Below, piece after piece: positions 18,397-28,521 of a stretch of DNA of 64,000 nucleotides (position 1 is its first letter; each line of letters opens with the position of its first letter). This stretch comes from a virus (taxonomy: Duplodnaviria; Caudoviricetes), in the IMG/VR virus record IMGVR_UViG_3300025934_000015, positions 56,839-120,838 of that record; one strand, 5' to 3'. The position numbers and the translations under genes are program-made. A model generated the notes under the pieces. The model had not been told where the DNA came from. It ran no database searches and saw only the letters and a list, made by a program, of their open reading frames with translations.

Positions 18397-19032
18397 ATGA
18401 GTCAAGCACAGACCTCAACAGGAATCCTCGTCCGGCGTGCGTCGCTGGTTGCGCCGCCAACGGTCGCGATCACCAGCAACTCCGTCGCCAACCCGACGCA
18501 TGTGACTACCACTGCGCCACATCTGCTGGCTACAGGGGATCTGGTGACGATTGCAGGCGTCACAGGATCAACCCCGACCATCAATGGTCAGCACAAAGTG
18601 ACCGTCCTCGATGCGACGCATTTCACGATTCCGGTAGCCGTGACGGTCGGCGGCACCGGCGGCACCGTCCTACAGGACTTCGCGACGATTGCGGAGCTGA
18701 CTGAGGTCACGCCCGGCGGCAAAACCCGGAACAAGATCGAAACATCCACACACAACGAAGGCACCGAGTCGCACGTCCTGGGCATTCTGCGGCAGGCCGA
18801 TCCAGGGTTCAAGGCGAACCTTGTCGGCACCGATCAGAGTCATCAGGACGTGAACGATGACATCGATCTGAACCGGAAGGCGGTCTGGCAGGTTGCGTTT
18901 CCGTCAGGGATCACGCGTACAGGTGAGGGCTACGTGCAGACCTTTACCTTTGACGGCGCGCCCGTGGACGGCAAGCAGGGCGTGACCGTGGCGTGGACCT
19001 GGGCCGGTCCGGTCGACGAAGTCTTCGAGTAA
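18397..19032 (+). CDS. Major tail tube protein with an inserted FCCH-like beta domain
   Basis: IAELTEVTP..TRNKIETSTH..GILR, WQVAFPSG..GEGYV; insert ANPTHVTT.APH.L.TGD.VTIAGV.G...NG. Confidence 0.75.
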   Translation: MSQAQTSTGILVRRASLVAPPTVAITSNSVANPTHVTTTAPHLLATGDLVTIAGVTGSTPTINGQHKVTVLDATHFTIPVAVTVGGTGGTVLQDFATIAELTEVTPGGKTRNKIETSTHNEGTESHVLGILRQADPGFKANLVGTDQSHQDVNDDIDLNRKAVWQVAFPSGITRTGEGYVQTFTFDGAPVDGKQGVTVAWTWAGPVDEVFE

Positions 19033-19041
19033 GGAGGAACC

Positions 19042-19458
19042 GTGGACGAATTCCTGTCACTCGACGCCATTGCAGATGCGAAGGACGTCGATTATGTCGT
19101 GGTGGATCTCCCTGAATGGGGTGGATCCCTGCGGTTAGGATCCGTGAGTGGCGAGTCTGTCACGCTATTCAGGGAAATGCTGGAGCGCGACCCCAACGCC
19201 TCGAACGATGCGGTGTGGAACATGGTTGCGCAATGTCTGGTGGACGGCCAGGGCAATCGACTGGTGCGCACGGATGAGGATCGTCGTCGTACGATTACCG
19301 TCCTCAAGCGCAAGGACGTGCGCGTCACGGACCGGATCATCGATGCCATGTACGAACTCCTCGGCATCCGGCTCAAAGGAGCGGCACCAAAAAACGTCTC
19401 CGGCGAGGAGGCATCCGCTTCCTCGCCCACTCCGTCGCCCGAAACCGTGGGCGTGTAG
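19042..19458 (+). CDS. Tail assembly chaperone gpG
   Basis: VDLPEWGG..RL, CLVD.QGNRL; RBS AAGGAGG; slippery site near the 3' end. Confidence 0.8.
   Translation: MDEFLSLDAIADAKDVDYVVVDLPEWGGSLRLGSVSGESVTLFREMLERDPNASNDAVWNMVAQCLVDGQGNRLVRTDEDRRRTITVLKRKDVRVTDRIIDAMYELLGIRLKGAAPKNVSGEEASASSPTPSPETVGV
19389..19395 (+). other. Programmed -1 frameshift heptamer A AAA AAC
   Basis: In-frame X XXY YYZ; the -1 frame is open and continuous with ORF 19470-19874. Confidence 0.85.
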
Positions 19459-19874
19459 ATGTAGATCCCATGCTTCGCAGTCTGACTGCGAAGCAGTTTC
19501 ATGAACTGGTCGATTTCGATCAGATGGAGTCGCCGGAATTACGCATGGACCTGCGCTTTGCCATCCTCGCGTCATTGGTCGCCATTGCCGGTCATGTGCA
19601 ATCCGTGGACGGCACCGCGTACTCACCCGCTCACTTCCTGCAACAGCTCCACAATTCCCTGGAACGTCATGATGAGTTTGTCCGCGGTGAACGAGAGCCA
19701 CAGCCGGTCGCGACTGGACCCGATATGAAAACGATGACAATGCATCTGCGCAACTGGTTCAGCGGGGTGAACTCACGCGCACGTGAAGGACAGGGAAAGA
19801 TCGCTATTTCCAATCTCACGCCCGGGGCCTCCCGGTCTTGGCTCGCCCGGCTACGGGCAAGGAGTTCGGCATGA
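19389..19874 (+). CDS. gpT part of the gpGT frameshift product
   Basis: ...VDPMLRSLTAKQFHELVDFDQME..R.DLRFAILAS; no obvious RBS of its own. Confidence 0.75.
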   Translation, partial: KKRLRRGGIRFLAHSVARNRGRVDVDPMLRSLTAKQFHELVDFDQMESPELRMDLRFAILASLVAIAGHVQSVDGTAYSPAHFLQQLHNSLERHDEFVRGEREPQPVATGPDMKTMTMHLRNWFSGVNSRAREGQGKIAISNLTPGASRSWLARLRARSSA

Positions 19875-20275
19875 TCGACACAGAGATCAACGGCAATACC
19901 GTGGTGGAGGCGACGACGTCAGGAAATGTCCTCACGTTGGACCAGATCGAACAGTCCCGCGATGCAGAATATGCGGTCGTAGACGTACCGGAGTGGGGTG
20001 GAAAGCTACGGATGGCTTCTGCGACGACCGATATGGTCGTCGAGTTGGCCAAACGATCGGAAACCGGCAACGTCGTCGATGGCATCATGGAACTGCTCGT
20101 CAAGAGTTTCGTAGATGAACAGGGCAATCGGTCGGTAACTGATCCCACGCAGGTCATCCGTACGGTTGCGGCCCTGAAACAAAAAGAGGCCAAGGTCATC
20201 GAACGGCTGATCAATACGCTACTCAAGCTGAACAACATTCGAATCAAAGCCCCCGGTTTCACCAGCGAGGTGTAA
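19871..20275 (+). CDS. Second gpG-like tail assembly chaperone
   Basis: LTLDQIE..D.EY.VVDVPEWGGKLR, FVDEQGNR; clearly similar to 19042-19458. Confidence 0.75.
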   Translation: MIDTEINGNTVVEATTSGNVLTLDQIEQSRDAEYAVVDVPEWGGKLRMASATTDMVVELAKRSETGNVVDGIMELLVKSFVDEQGNRSVTDPTQVIRTVAALKQKEAKVIERLINTLLKLNNIRIKAPGFTSEV

Positions 20276-20278
20276 GGC

Positions 20279-23200
20279 GTGGCTGAAGGTGGATTCCTCG
20301 ACATCGGCACCCTAACCGGCACCATTGAACTGGATGACCGTCTCACCGGCACGTTTGAGACGGTCATCCATAGTATCGAGAAGTTCGGAGAGGACTTTCT
20401 CGGATCGTTCAAGGGGATCGCGTTAGGACTCGGCCTTGTGACCACGGCCTTGACAGGCATGGCCGCAACGATTAGCACGTTGGCGGTCAAGGGGTCCGAG
20501 ATCAACGATGTCAAGGAAGGCTTCGACCGGTTGTCTGGTGGCGTAGAGCAGGCGGATGCCTTGATGCAGGCCATGCGTCAGGGCGTGGTCGGAACGATTA
20601 ACGATCTCAATCTCATGCGAGACGCCAATCGTCTGCTCTCCGCGGGCGTGAAGGCGAACGCCTCGGATTTTCAAACGTTGACGACAGCCGCGCATGTGCT
20701 GGCCAATGAAGGCTATGGCAGCATTGAAAACGTGCTCGGATCCCTGAACCGGGCTATGATTACCGGATCCACCTTCCGGATCAAACAGCTTGGCGTCTCC
20801 ATCGACGCGACAAAGGTGGAACGGGAATACGCCGCCTCCTTGGGACTTTCGGCGCAGCAACTGACACGCGAGCAGACCCTGGAGGCCATGCGTGGAGCGA
20901 TCCTCGAAGAATTGAACAAAAAAGTACAGGCCGCGGGAGAACTGCACCTGTCCTTTGCGGAAAAGTTAGATGCGGCCCTGACGTCCCTCACCAATTGGTC
21001 GCATGAGTTAGAGTCCTTGATTGCCGCCTCGCCCAACGTCAATGCGGCGTTCGATGCGATTGCTGAGGCGATCAAGGATGCGTTTGGCACCGAAGGTCAA
21101 ACGCTCATGCAGACCATTGTGGGCTGGGTCAACACGTTTGCCGACGTTGTGCGGACGTGGGCCCCACCAATCATTCGCTTCTTCGGAGAAATCAAGGATA
21201 CGATCAAAACGCTGTGGAACACTATCGACGCCGCCTGGGACTCGCTGCCGGACTGGTTGAAAACGGTGGTCAAGGACGCCACGGTTGCGGCGGGTGCGCT
21301 GTGGCTCACCGAGAAGGCGCTGGATAGTCTACTCGGTAAGGTCGCCAGTGCAAAAAATCTGGGCATGGGCGGGGAAGGCGGCGGAGGTGGTGATGCACTC
21401 GGTAAAGTCTCCAACATTGGCACCATTACATCTGCCCTGATTGATAGTGGCAATGTACTCCAACGCATTGGTACCCGGTTAGGCGGGCTGACCGGAGCCG
21501 TAGCGACGATGGGCGAGTCGTTCTCCAAGGCGCGCACGTGGGTCAACAGTCTCGATGAACCTCTGTCGATGGTTGCGGCACGTGCGAAAGGCGCAGAAGG
21601 TACCCTGAGTTTATTCCGGAACTCCACGGTATTGACGGGCGTAGCGACTGGGAGTCTCGCTGTGCCACTGGCACTGGTCGCGACGACGATTGCGTCCTCC
21701 ATTGCGGTCTATAAGGCGGCATCGGAAGCGATTGGATTGTATCATGATAAACAGGCGCGGTTAGCGGCCGACGAACGGCAGGCGCAGACCGACCGCGATA
21801 ACATCAATAAGATCACCGCTCTGACGGGCAAGACCTACACCAATCTTGCGGACGCGGTGAAGGACGCCAACAAATACATCGAGGAGCATAAGGGTAAGTG
21901 GACGGCTGCCCAAAAGGCGGAAGAGGCTGCGAAGGCCATTGCGGAAGCGCATACCAAGTCGGTGGATCAGATTGTCATGTCCCTGGCCGCGCAGGCCACG
22001 CACATAGACGAAACGGTGGACGTCTTCAACAAACTGACGACGACCCAGAAGTTGAATCGTGATGTGCAAGACGATTTGCTCAAGCGCATGGAAGCGCAGA
22101 TGGAACACGGTCAGCGGTTGACCGTGGAGCAACAGCAGTACTACGAAATGATCACGCGCAGTCGCGCCGCCGACGTGGCGTATGCTGCCGGGAAGTTAGT
22201 CCTGGATGACGTCACGAAACAGTCAATTGTTAACCTCCGCGAGCTGAATAAGTCAGAGGCCGAGATCGCACAGGCCCTGGGCCTGACCACCGAACAGGTT
22301 CGCAACGCGCAAAAGCCTTTGTTGGAGCGCATTGCCGCCCTGGAACGGGAAGGTCTCAGCGAAGCGGCCATCAACGAACGGCTGGGCGTGAATGCGGCCA
22401 CGCGCGCGAAGGTGACTGAGGAGATCAAACGTCAGCAGGACGCACAGGACATGCTGACGACCTCGACGGATAACTACAATCTCGCCTTGAGCCACGGTAG
22501 TTTTACCGCGTGGAAAAAAGATCAAGACGACAAGATGGCAATTGAAATCCGCAACCTTCGGCAGTCCAAGGAGTGGACGCAGGAAAAAGAGGACGCCATC
22601 CAACAGAAGTACCGCCAGACCACCGATGTCAAGAAGATGCAGGACCGCGAGGCCATTGAGGGGTCGAAAGACGCGGCAGTAAAGGAACGCGACTTCGCCA
22701 AAAACAAACTCGACACGATGTTAGACGATATTACCAATTTCCACGCGGAGGACGTACAGGCCGCGCAACAGGATTACAACGAGAAAGCACGGGCGGTCGA
22801 GCACTGGTCGGCCTCGGCCTCGGAGGCCGAAAAGAAAGCGGCGGAAGCGGCCAAGCAGGCGTCCGACGAACGGATTGCCGCCCTCAAGAAGGAAATGGAC
22901 GCGCAGCAGGAATGGGCGGATCATTGGCATAGTCTGACCGTCACGATGACACGCGAACAGGCGGAAGCGATTGCCAATACCAGCGGCGGTGATATGTGGG
23001 CCGAGTTCTTCCGAGCCGTAGCTCGTGCCTCGATCAAGGCGCTGGACGAAGCGGAATTGAAGGCCAGCATGGCGCAGTTCCGGACCCGTCAGGAACTCCA
23101 GAAGACTGCCGAGTTAGCGAAGAAAACCTACGATGCAATGTTGGCCGCTGGTAAGTACACCGCGGAAACCCTGCAAGAGGCGTGGAAGCGGTACACCGAT

Positions 23201-23695
23201 GCCCAGCAGGCCGCACTGGGACAGGCCAAAAAGACCGCCGAAGAAACGATGGCGGAGTTAGCGGAGTCCGCCGGATTCAAAACGCGCGACGAGCTAGCGA
23301 AGTTAGCCGACCAAGCTAAACGGACATACGACTTTATGCTGGCCTCCGGGAAGTACACCGCCAAGGAACTGGAGGATGCGTGGAAGCGCTACACCGATGC
23401 GCAGAATGAAGCACTCGGGGCCACAGCGGAGACAGTTGCGCAACTGACGGGCGGCACGCCGTCTGCGCCTCGTCGACCGGGCAGTGGCGGCACACGCGGC
23501 GAGTTTCTTCCAGGGATTCTCGGCACGTCCCCGATTGCGCGCTCGGGTAAAGTGGTAAACGTGGGACCGGAGCCCACAGTGCAACAGATCAATAACTTTA
23601 ACGTCAACGGCACCGACGAGCAGAGCGTACGGAAGATGAGCGAGATGGTTATGAAGAACCTACGCGTGGCTCGTTTCCTGCCGAGTCACGGCTAA
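20279..23695 (+). CDS. Tape measure protein
   Basis: 1138 aa, Ala-rich helical; N-terminal IGTLTGTIELDD; follows the chaperones. Confidence 0.9.
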   Translation: MAEGGFLDIGTLTGTIELDDRLTGTFETVIHSIEKFGEDFLGSFKGIALGLGLVTTALTGMAATISTLAVKGSEINDVKEGFDRLSGGVEQADALMQAMRQGVVGTINDLNLMRDANRLLSAGVKANASDFQTLTTAAHVLANEGYGSIENVLGSLNRAMITGSTFRIKQLGVSIDATKVEREYAASLGLSAQQLTREQTLEAMRGAILEELNKKVQAAGELHLSFAEKLDAALTSLTNWSHELESLIAASPNVNAAFDAIAEAIKDAFGTEGQTLMQTIVGWVNTFADVVRTWAPPIIRFFGEIKDTIKTLWNTIDAAWDSLPDWLKTVVKDATVAAGALWLTEKALDSLLGKVASAKNLGMGGEGGGGGDALGKVSNIGTITSALIDSGNVLQRIGTRLGGLTGAVATMGESFSKARTWVNSLDEPLSMVAARAKGAEGTLSLFRNSTVLTGVATGSLAVPLALVATTIASSIAVYKAASEAIGLYHDKQARLAADERQAQTDRDNINKITALTGKTYTNLADAVKDANKYIEEHKGKWTAAQKAEEAAKAIAEAHTKSVDQIVMSLAAQATHIDETVDVFNKLTTTQKLNRDVQDDLLKRMEAQMEHGQRLTVEQQQYYEMITRSRAADVAYAAGKLVLDDVTKQSIVNLRELNKSEAEIAQALGLTTEQVRNAQKPLLERIAALEREGLSEAAINERLGVNAATRAKVTEEIKRQQDAQDMLTTSTDNYNLALSHGSFTAWKKDQDDKMAIEIRNLRQSKEWTQEKEDAIQQKYRQTTDVKKMQDREAIEGSKDAAVKERDFAKNKLDTMLDDITNFHAEDVQAAQQDYNEKARAVEHWSASASEAEKKAAEAAKQASDERIAALKKEMDAQQEWADHWHSLTVTMTREQAEAIANTSGGDMWAEFFRAVARASIKALDEAELKASMAQFRTRQELQKTAELAKKTYDAMLAAGKYTAETLQEAWKRYTDAQQAALGQAKKTAEETMAELAESAGFKTRDELAKLADQAKRTYDFMLASGKYTAKELEDAWKRYTDAQNEALGATAETVAQLTGGTPSAPRRPGSGGTRGEFLPGILGTSPIARSGKVVNVGPEPTVQQINNFNVNGTDEQSVRKMSEMVMKNLRVARFLPSHG

Positions 23696-26600
23696 TGCCC
23701 ATTACGTCTGTTTCTCCTAACATTGGAGGACCGGCCGGAGGTACGTCTGTCATCATTTCCGGCTCTGGGTTTACCGGGGCAACTGGGGTCACGTTCGGGG
23801 GTGTCGCCGGGACCGGATTCTTTTTCATCAGTGACACGCTGGTTGCAGTCGGTACGCCTGCGCATGCCGTGGGAGCTGTCGATGTCACGGTCGATGTCGG
23901 CGGTACCCTGGTGGGTGGCTTCACCTATACGCTGTCCGTCGATAGTGTGGATCCGTCTGGCGCGGGTAATTTAGGCGGTCAACCCGTCACAATTTTTGGG
24001 AATGGCTTTACCGGCGCGACACAGGTGAATATCGGCGGTGTGGCCGCGACATCGGTAGTCGTGGTGGACGATAATACAATCACCTGTACGACCCCCGCGC
24101 ACGCGTCTGGAGCCGTCAGTGTTGAGGTTGTGGGTGTCGCTACACTGGCGGCAGCCCTGACCTATAGCCGTTTTAATTTCCAATTTCGATCGCTGCCGTC
24201 TCCCGCCGGAGGCATTCTCTCCGATGTCATTCAAACGGAGGCGAATGGATTTTGCGCGGTCGGCAGTTCAGGGCTGGTCTATACCTCGTCGGATGGTCTG
24301 ACGTGGACGAAGCGCACGGCGTCCGCTTCCAACGGCTGGCGCGGATTAGCGTTCTCCCCCACGCTCGGCAGTGGTAATGGACGGATCGTCGCCGTGGCGT
24401 CCAGCGGCACGGACCGTGTAATGACGTCCGACGATGGCGGTGTCACCTGGACCGCGCGCACGGCCGCAACGGCGGTCGGGTGGCAGAGCGTGGTCTGGTC
24501 CTCGGCGTTGACCCTGTTTGTCGCCGTGGCGTCCACTGGGACCGCTGGCGTGTCGCGCGTCATGACGTCGCCAGACGGCATCACGTGGACCTCCCGTACC
24601 GCGTCCTCAGAAACGACGTGGACGGGTCTGGCATGGTCGGCGGATCTGACGCTCTTCGCGGCCGTGTCTGCCGGTGGGGCCATTATGACGTCGCCCGACG
24701 GTATCACGTGGACCGCGCGCACGTCGGCGGCGGGCTGTGTGCCGGGCGGCAGCGCGGCCGGATCTAGCGTGATTGTCTGGTCGCCTGTGGCTGTGGTGTT
24801 TGCGTGGGGATCACGCAACGGCTCCACACGCGGCATCGTTACATCCCCAGACGGCATTACCTGGACCGAGCGGACGATTCCTGACAATTCGCAGGCGATT
24901 GGTGGAACGGTGGCGTGGCGGAATGGTTTGCTCCTTGCGCGGCAAGGCGGAACCCTCCGCATCAATCGATCCGTAGACGGCACGACCTGGGTGGCGGAAC
25001 ACGCCCAAGTTAGTGGTGGTACCTTGTCGTGGGATGCGTGGTCCGAATCGCTTTCCACGTTTGTGGCGTGGCACGATGCAGGTACACCACAAGTCCTCTA
25101 CGGACTGTATGCCGATGATCCGGTCGTCGGACTGACGCTGACCGATGTCGATCCGCCCACAGGCTTGACCATCGGCGGCACGGCCGTGACGTTGACCGGC
25201 ACCGGGTTTGTGGACGGCATCCTTGTGAACTTTGACAATATCTCGGCTACGGATATTGTCGTCGTGTCGCCCACTGAAATTACCTGCGTGACGCCCGCGC
25301 ATGCGCTCGGGCTCGTCGACGTGACCGTCACGCTCCCGGATACGGGGGAGTTTGCCACACTGGCAGACGGCTTTGAGTATGTGAACGCCGGGATCTCCAG
25401 TCTCGATCCCAACCACGGACCGATGGAAGGCGGTACGGCTGTCACCATTCACGGCGCAGGGTTTGTGCCAGGCTCGACGATTACGTTTGACGGCACGACG
25501 GCAACGGATATTACCTTTGTCAATTCGAGTACATACACGTGCACCTCACCGCCGCATCCAGCCGGTCCGGTGGAGGTGCTTCTTGACGACTTCTCAGGCA
25601 CCTTCACCTATGATCCGATCACGGTCGCGCCCTGGGAGCCTCCGGGCGGCACTGGTGGGACCGGCGATGATAATACGGGTATCCGTCGAAGTCCGGAGGT
25701 CACGATCTCCCGGACCAAGAATCAACCAGGGACATCTACGTTTGAAGTGGGGAAGGCCGGTACACCACCACTAGCAGGTCAGATCATCACCGTCGATTTA
25801 ACGGAAGGTCCGATCTTCGAAGGTCCGGCCTTGATGGTGGCGACAACATACGAGGAGGAAACGACGCACCTGAAACGTCACATTGATGTGGCGGATGATA
25901 CGTGGATCTTGAATGCGAAGCGGCCTTTTGGGAGTTGGAAGGACGTCTCGGCTACTGTCATCATATTGGAAATCATGGCGAATTTCGCACCGCCAGGGTT
26001 TACCGTGACTCATGTTGCAGCCGGAATGCCGGCGATTACTGGCGAGTTGGTATTTGACGGCTCGCAGAATTTCAGTGAGTGCTTTGACGCCATTGCGGCG
26101 TTGGCTGAGGATCCCATTCACTGGTACTTAGACGGGTTTGATCTGCATTATTTCGCCACAGAACCGTCTACCGATCCAGATTTGATCGAGGATGATACCC
26201 CGACGTTATTGAAGGATCCTCCGGTCACGATCACCGAGGACGTCTCGCAGATTCGGAATCGGATCTTTGGCAAAGGTGCGGGTTCGACAGTTGCGGTGGG
26301 AGCGGCCCCTGGTAACACGGTTCTTGAAGTCAATGATCTGAAACCGTTTGAACCGGGACCGGGGCTGGCAATTGCGTACGGACAGATTTTTTATTACACC
26401 GGCGTCCGTCGTCAGGTCCAGCCCGTCAATCGTCAAAACTCCCCCGGCTTGGCCGTCGGAACGACCGCCAATATCATCGAACCCAATGCCATTGTCGATG
26501 GACCTATCCGTGACAAAGTGCAGTATAAAATTTCGTATGTCGATGGCACAGGTCAGGAGTCAGAACTCAGTGAGCCCTTTGGAGCGGCTGGGGCGAACGA

Positions 26601-28521
26601 CTTTACGGCTTCTCCACAGGCTTCCAATGATAGTGGGGGATCCGAAGCGGTCACGACCGGATTTGCGGCCACGGTTGATGATGTTGTCGCCGGAGCGGGC
26701 GCGGTGGCCATTGGTGATTATATCTATAGCATTACGTTCAAGACCGATGGTGGAGGCGAGACCGCGGGATTGCGCATAGGTGTGGCGGTCGGCAATCCGA
26801 ATTCCAAAGTCGTCTGGAAAGTGCAGATGCCCAACCAGGGTGGCAGCGGCTGGACGGAGTGGCCGAACCCGAATCAACGGATCACCTCGATCAATTTTCA
26901 TCGAACAAAGATTGGTGATGGTACTGGAAGTCGATTCTTTCAAGTGGGCAGTATCAATGTCTCGGCTACACCGGATCCTTTTACTACCGAAGGCGGACCG
27001 GGCGGGCCGGTCACGTGGCTGTTTGAGGACGTGCTCAATGATGCGTCGCTCTCTAATGAAAATGAACATATCAGCGAGCGGACGGGTTTGAATCCACAGG
27101 ACGGGACGAGTTATCGCATTCCGCCGACGAATACCACGGGCGCGTCCGTTCGACTCACGAACATCCCGACTATTCCGAACATCGTATCGTCCTCGTTACC
27201 TGCGGGAGCTATGCAGATTTCCGCCGGTGGTGCCGCGTTTGGCGAGACCGTCATTTCCGTTGAGAAAACCGGGGCAGATGCGACCATTGGCGCGAACACG
27301 TTGATTGAGATTGAAGGTGTTGGCACGTATACGGTCGTAAATACCGCAACGGTGACGTCAGGCGGAAATAGTGTGGTCATTCGTCCAGGGTTACGTGCGG
27401 ATCTCATCGGTGCCGAAGCCGTGACCGTTCACCCGCCCGCGCGGAAAATTTACCGCACGCAGTATCACACGCCCAATGTGTGGTCGTTGATTACCACCCT
27501 GGAAGACAACACTACCACGACGTATGTGGATAGTACCGCCACGCAGCCGCCTGGGTGGTATGACGAACCTGCGTACGAGGACACCCTCAATCCGACCACT
27601 GGCACGCCTCCGCCGGGTGCGCTGCCGCCAATCATCCACTTACTGCTGGTTGGCATTCCTGCCAGTGGCGTGCACTCGATCAAGAAGGCCATTCCTGCGG
27701 ATGTGGACGTCAACATCTGGGAGCAGTACGACGATCTGGATGCGCAAATATTCTTAGCCGGTCGTCAGGGTGGTGACGGGGTTCGAGAGATTACCATCAG
27801 TGACTCGCAACTGAAGCGACCTGCCTTGCGTGACCGCATCCGTGCGGAAGCGGCGTTATTCTCGATGCCGATCAAAACGGTGAATTACGGCACGCGCGAT
27901 CCCAAGACGCGTGAAGGACGCACCGCGACATTTAATCTGATCAATCCACCCGTGGTGGGTGCATTTATCATTCAAAGTGTGACGGAATCGGAGATCCACG
28001 CCGAGCCGGGCACGGGACCACGGCTGACGCCCAAGTTAGCTGTGACCGCCTCTAGTGTGCGATTTACCCTCGAGGATTTGTTAAATCGTGCACTGTTACG
28101 GGAGGATGATCGTCTGGGCGGCAGTGGTGGAGGCAGTGCAGTATCCGTCGATCGTACGAATGTGAGCCCCCATCCTCTCACAGTATCGGTGGACGATAAC
28201 ATCACCCTGACCTTAACCGGTGCGCCACAAGTGGCACTCTTAGCCGATACGCAAATTGCCGTGCGGTGGACAGGTCAACTTGCGCCCGCGCGTGGCGGTA
28301 CAGGGACGGATACGTCAGGTGTCGTTGACGGTGACGTCTTGATTGGGCGGACCAGCGACCATACATGGCAGCGCGGGAAAATTACCCGTGCCCACCTCGA
28401 CCCGGCAGTCGATTTTGCGTTTGGCTACGATGCGCCGCTGACCAACGGGAATCCGGACGCGCCAGAAATCGTGTTCGACAGCTTTGGTGACGTGGTGATG
28501 GTGATAGGAATTCCCCTATGA
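23695..28521 (+). CDS. Tail tip/hub protein with four IPT/TIG domains and an Asp-box beta-propeller
   Basis: Repeated P..G...GGT.VTI.G.GF....V.F.G; repeated TSPDGITWT.RT; hub-like D.SQIRNRI.GKG. Confidence 0.8.
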   Translation: MPITSVSPNIGGPAGGTSVIISGSGFTGATGVTFGGVAGTGFFFISDTLVAVGTPAHAVGAVDVTVDVGGTLVGGFTYTLSVDSVDPSGAGNLGGQPVTIFGNGFTGATQVNIGGVAATSVVVVDDNTITCTTPAHASGAVSVEVVGVATLAAALTYSRFNFQFRSLPSPAGGILSDVIQTEANGFCAVGSSGLVYTSSDGLTWTKRTASASNGWRGLAFSPTLGSGNGRIVAVASSGTDRVMTSDDGGVTWTARTAATAVGWQSVVWSSALTLFVAVASTGTAGVSRVMTSPDGITWTSRTASSETTWTGLAWSADLTLFAAVSAGGAIMTSPDGITWTARTSAAGCVPGGSAAGSSVIVWSPVAVVFAWGSRNGSTRGIVTSPDGITWTERTIPDNSQAIGGTVAWRNGLLLARQGGTLRINRSVDGTTWVAEHAQVSGGTLSWDAWSESLSTFVAWHDAGTPQVLYGLYADDPVVGLTLTDVDPPTGLTIGGTAVTLTGTGFVDGILVNFDNISATDIVVVSPTEITCVTPAHALGLVDVTVTLPDTGEFATLADGFEYVNAGISSLDPNHGPMEGGTAVTIHGAGFVPGSTITFDGTTATDITFVNSSTYTCTSPPHPAGPVEVLLDDFSGTFTYDPITVAPWEPPGGTGGTGDDNTGIRRSPEVTISRTKNQPGTSTFEVGKAGTPPLAGQIITVDLTEGPIFEGPALMVATTYEEETTHLKRHIDVADDTWILNAKRPFGSWKDVSATVIILEIMANFAPPGFTVTHVAAGMPAITGELVFDGSQNFSECFDAIAALAEDPIHWYLDGFDLHYFATEPSTDPDLIEDDTPTLLKDPPVTITEDVSQIRNRIFGKGAGSTVAVGAAPGNTVLEVNDLKPFEPGPGLAIAYGQIFYYTGVRRQVQPVNRQNSPGLAVGTTANIIEPNAIVDGPIRDKVQYKISYVDGTGQESELSEPFGAAGANDFTASPQASNDSGGSEAVTTGFAATVDDVVAGAGAVAIGDYIYSITFKTDGGGETAGLRIGVAVGNPNSKVVWKVQMPNQGGSGWTEWPNPNQRITSINFHRTKIGDGTGSRFFQVGSINVSATPDPFTTEGGPGGPVTWLFEDVLNDASLSNENEHISERTGLNPQDGTSYRIPPTNTTGASVRLTNIPTIPNIVSSSLPAGAMQISAGGAAFGETVISVEKTGADATIGANTLIEIEGVGTYTVVNTATVTSGGNSVVIRPGLRADLIGAEAVTVHPPARKIYRTQYHTPNVWSLITTLEDNTTTTYVDSTATQPPGWYDEPAYEDTLNPTTGTPPPGALPPIIHLLLVGIPASGVHSIKKAIPADVDVNIWEQYDDLDAQIFLAGRQGGDGVREITISDSQLKRPALRDRIRAEAALFSMPIKTVNYGTRDPKTREGRTATFNLINPPVVGAFIIQSVTESEIHAEPGTGPRLTPKLAVTASSVRFTLEDLLNRALLREDDRLGGSGGGSAVSVDRTNVSPHPLTVSVDDNITLTLTGAPQVALLADTQIAVRWTGQLAPARGGTGTDTSGVVDGDVLIGRTSDHTWQRGKITRAHLDPAVDFAFGYDAPLTNGNPDAPEIVFDSFGDVVMVIGIPL

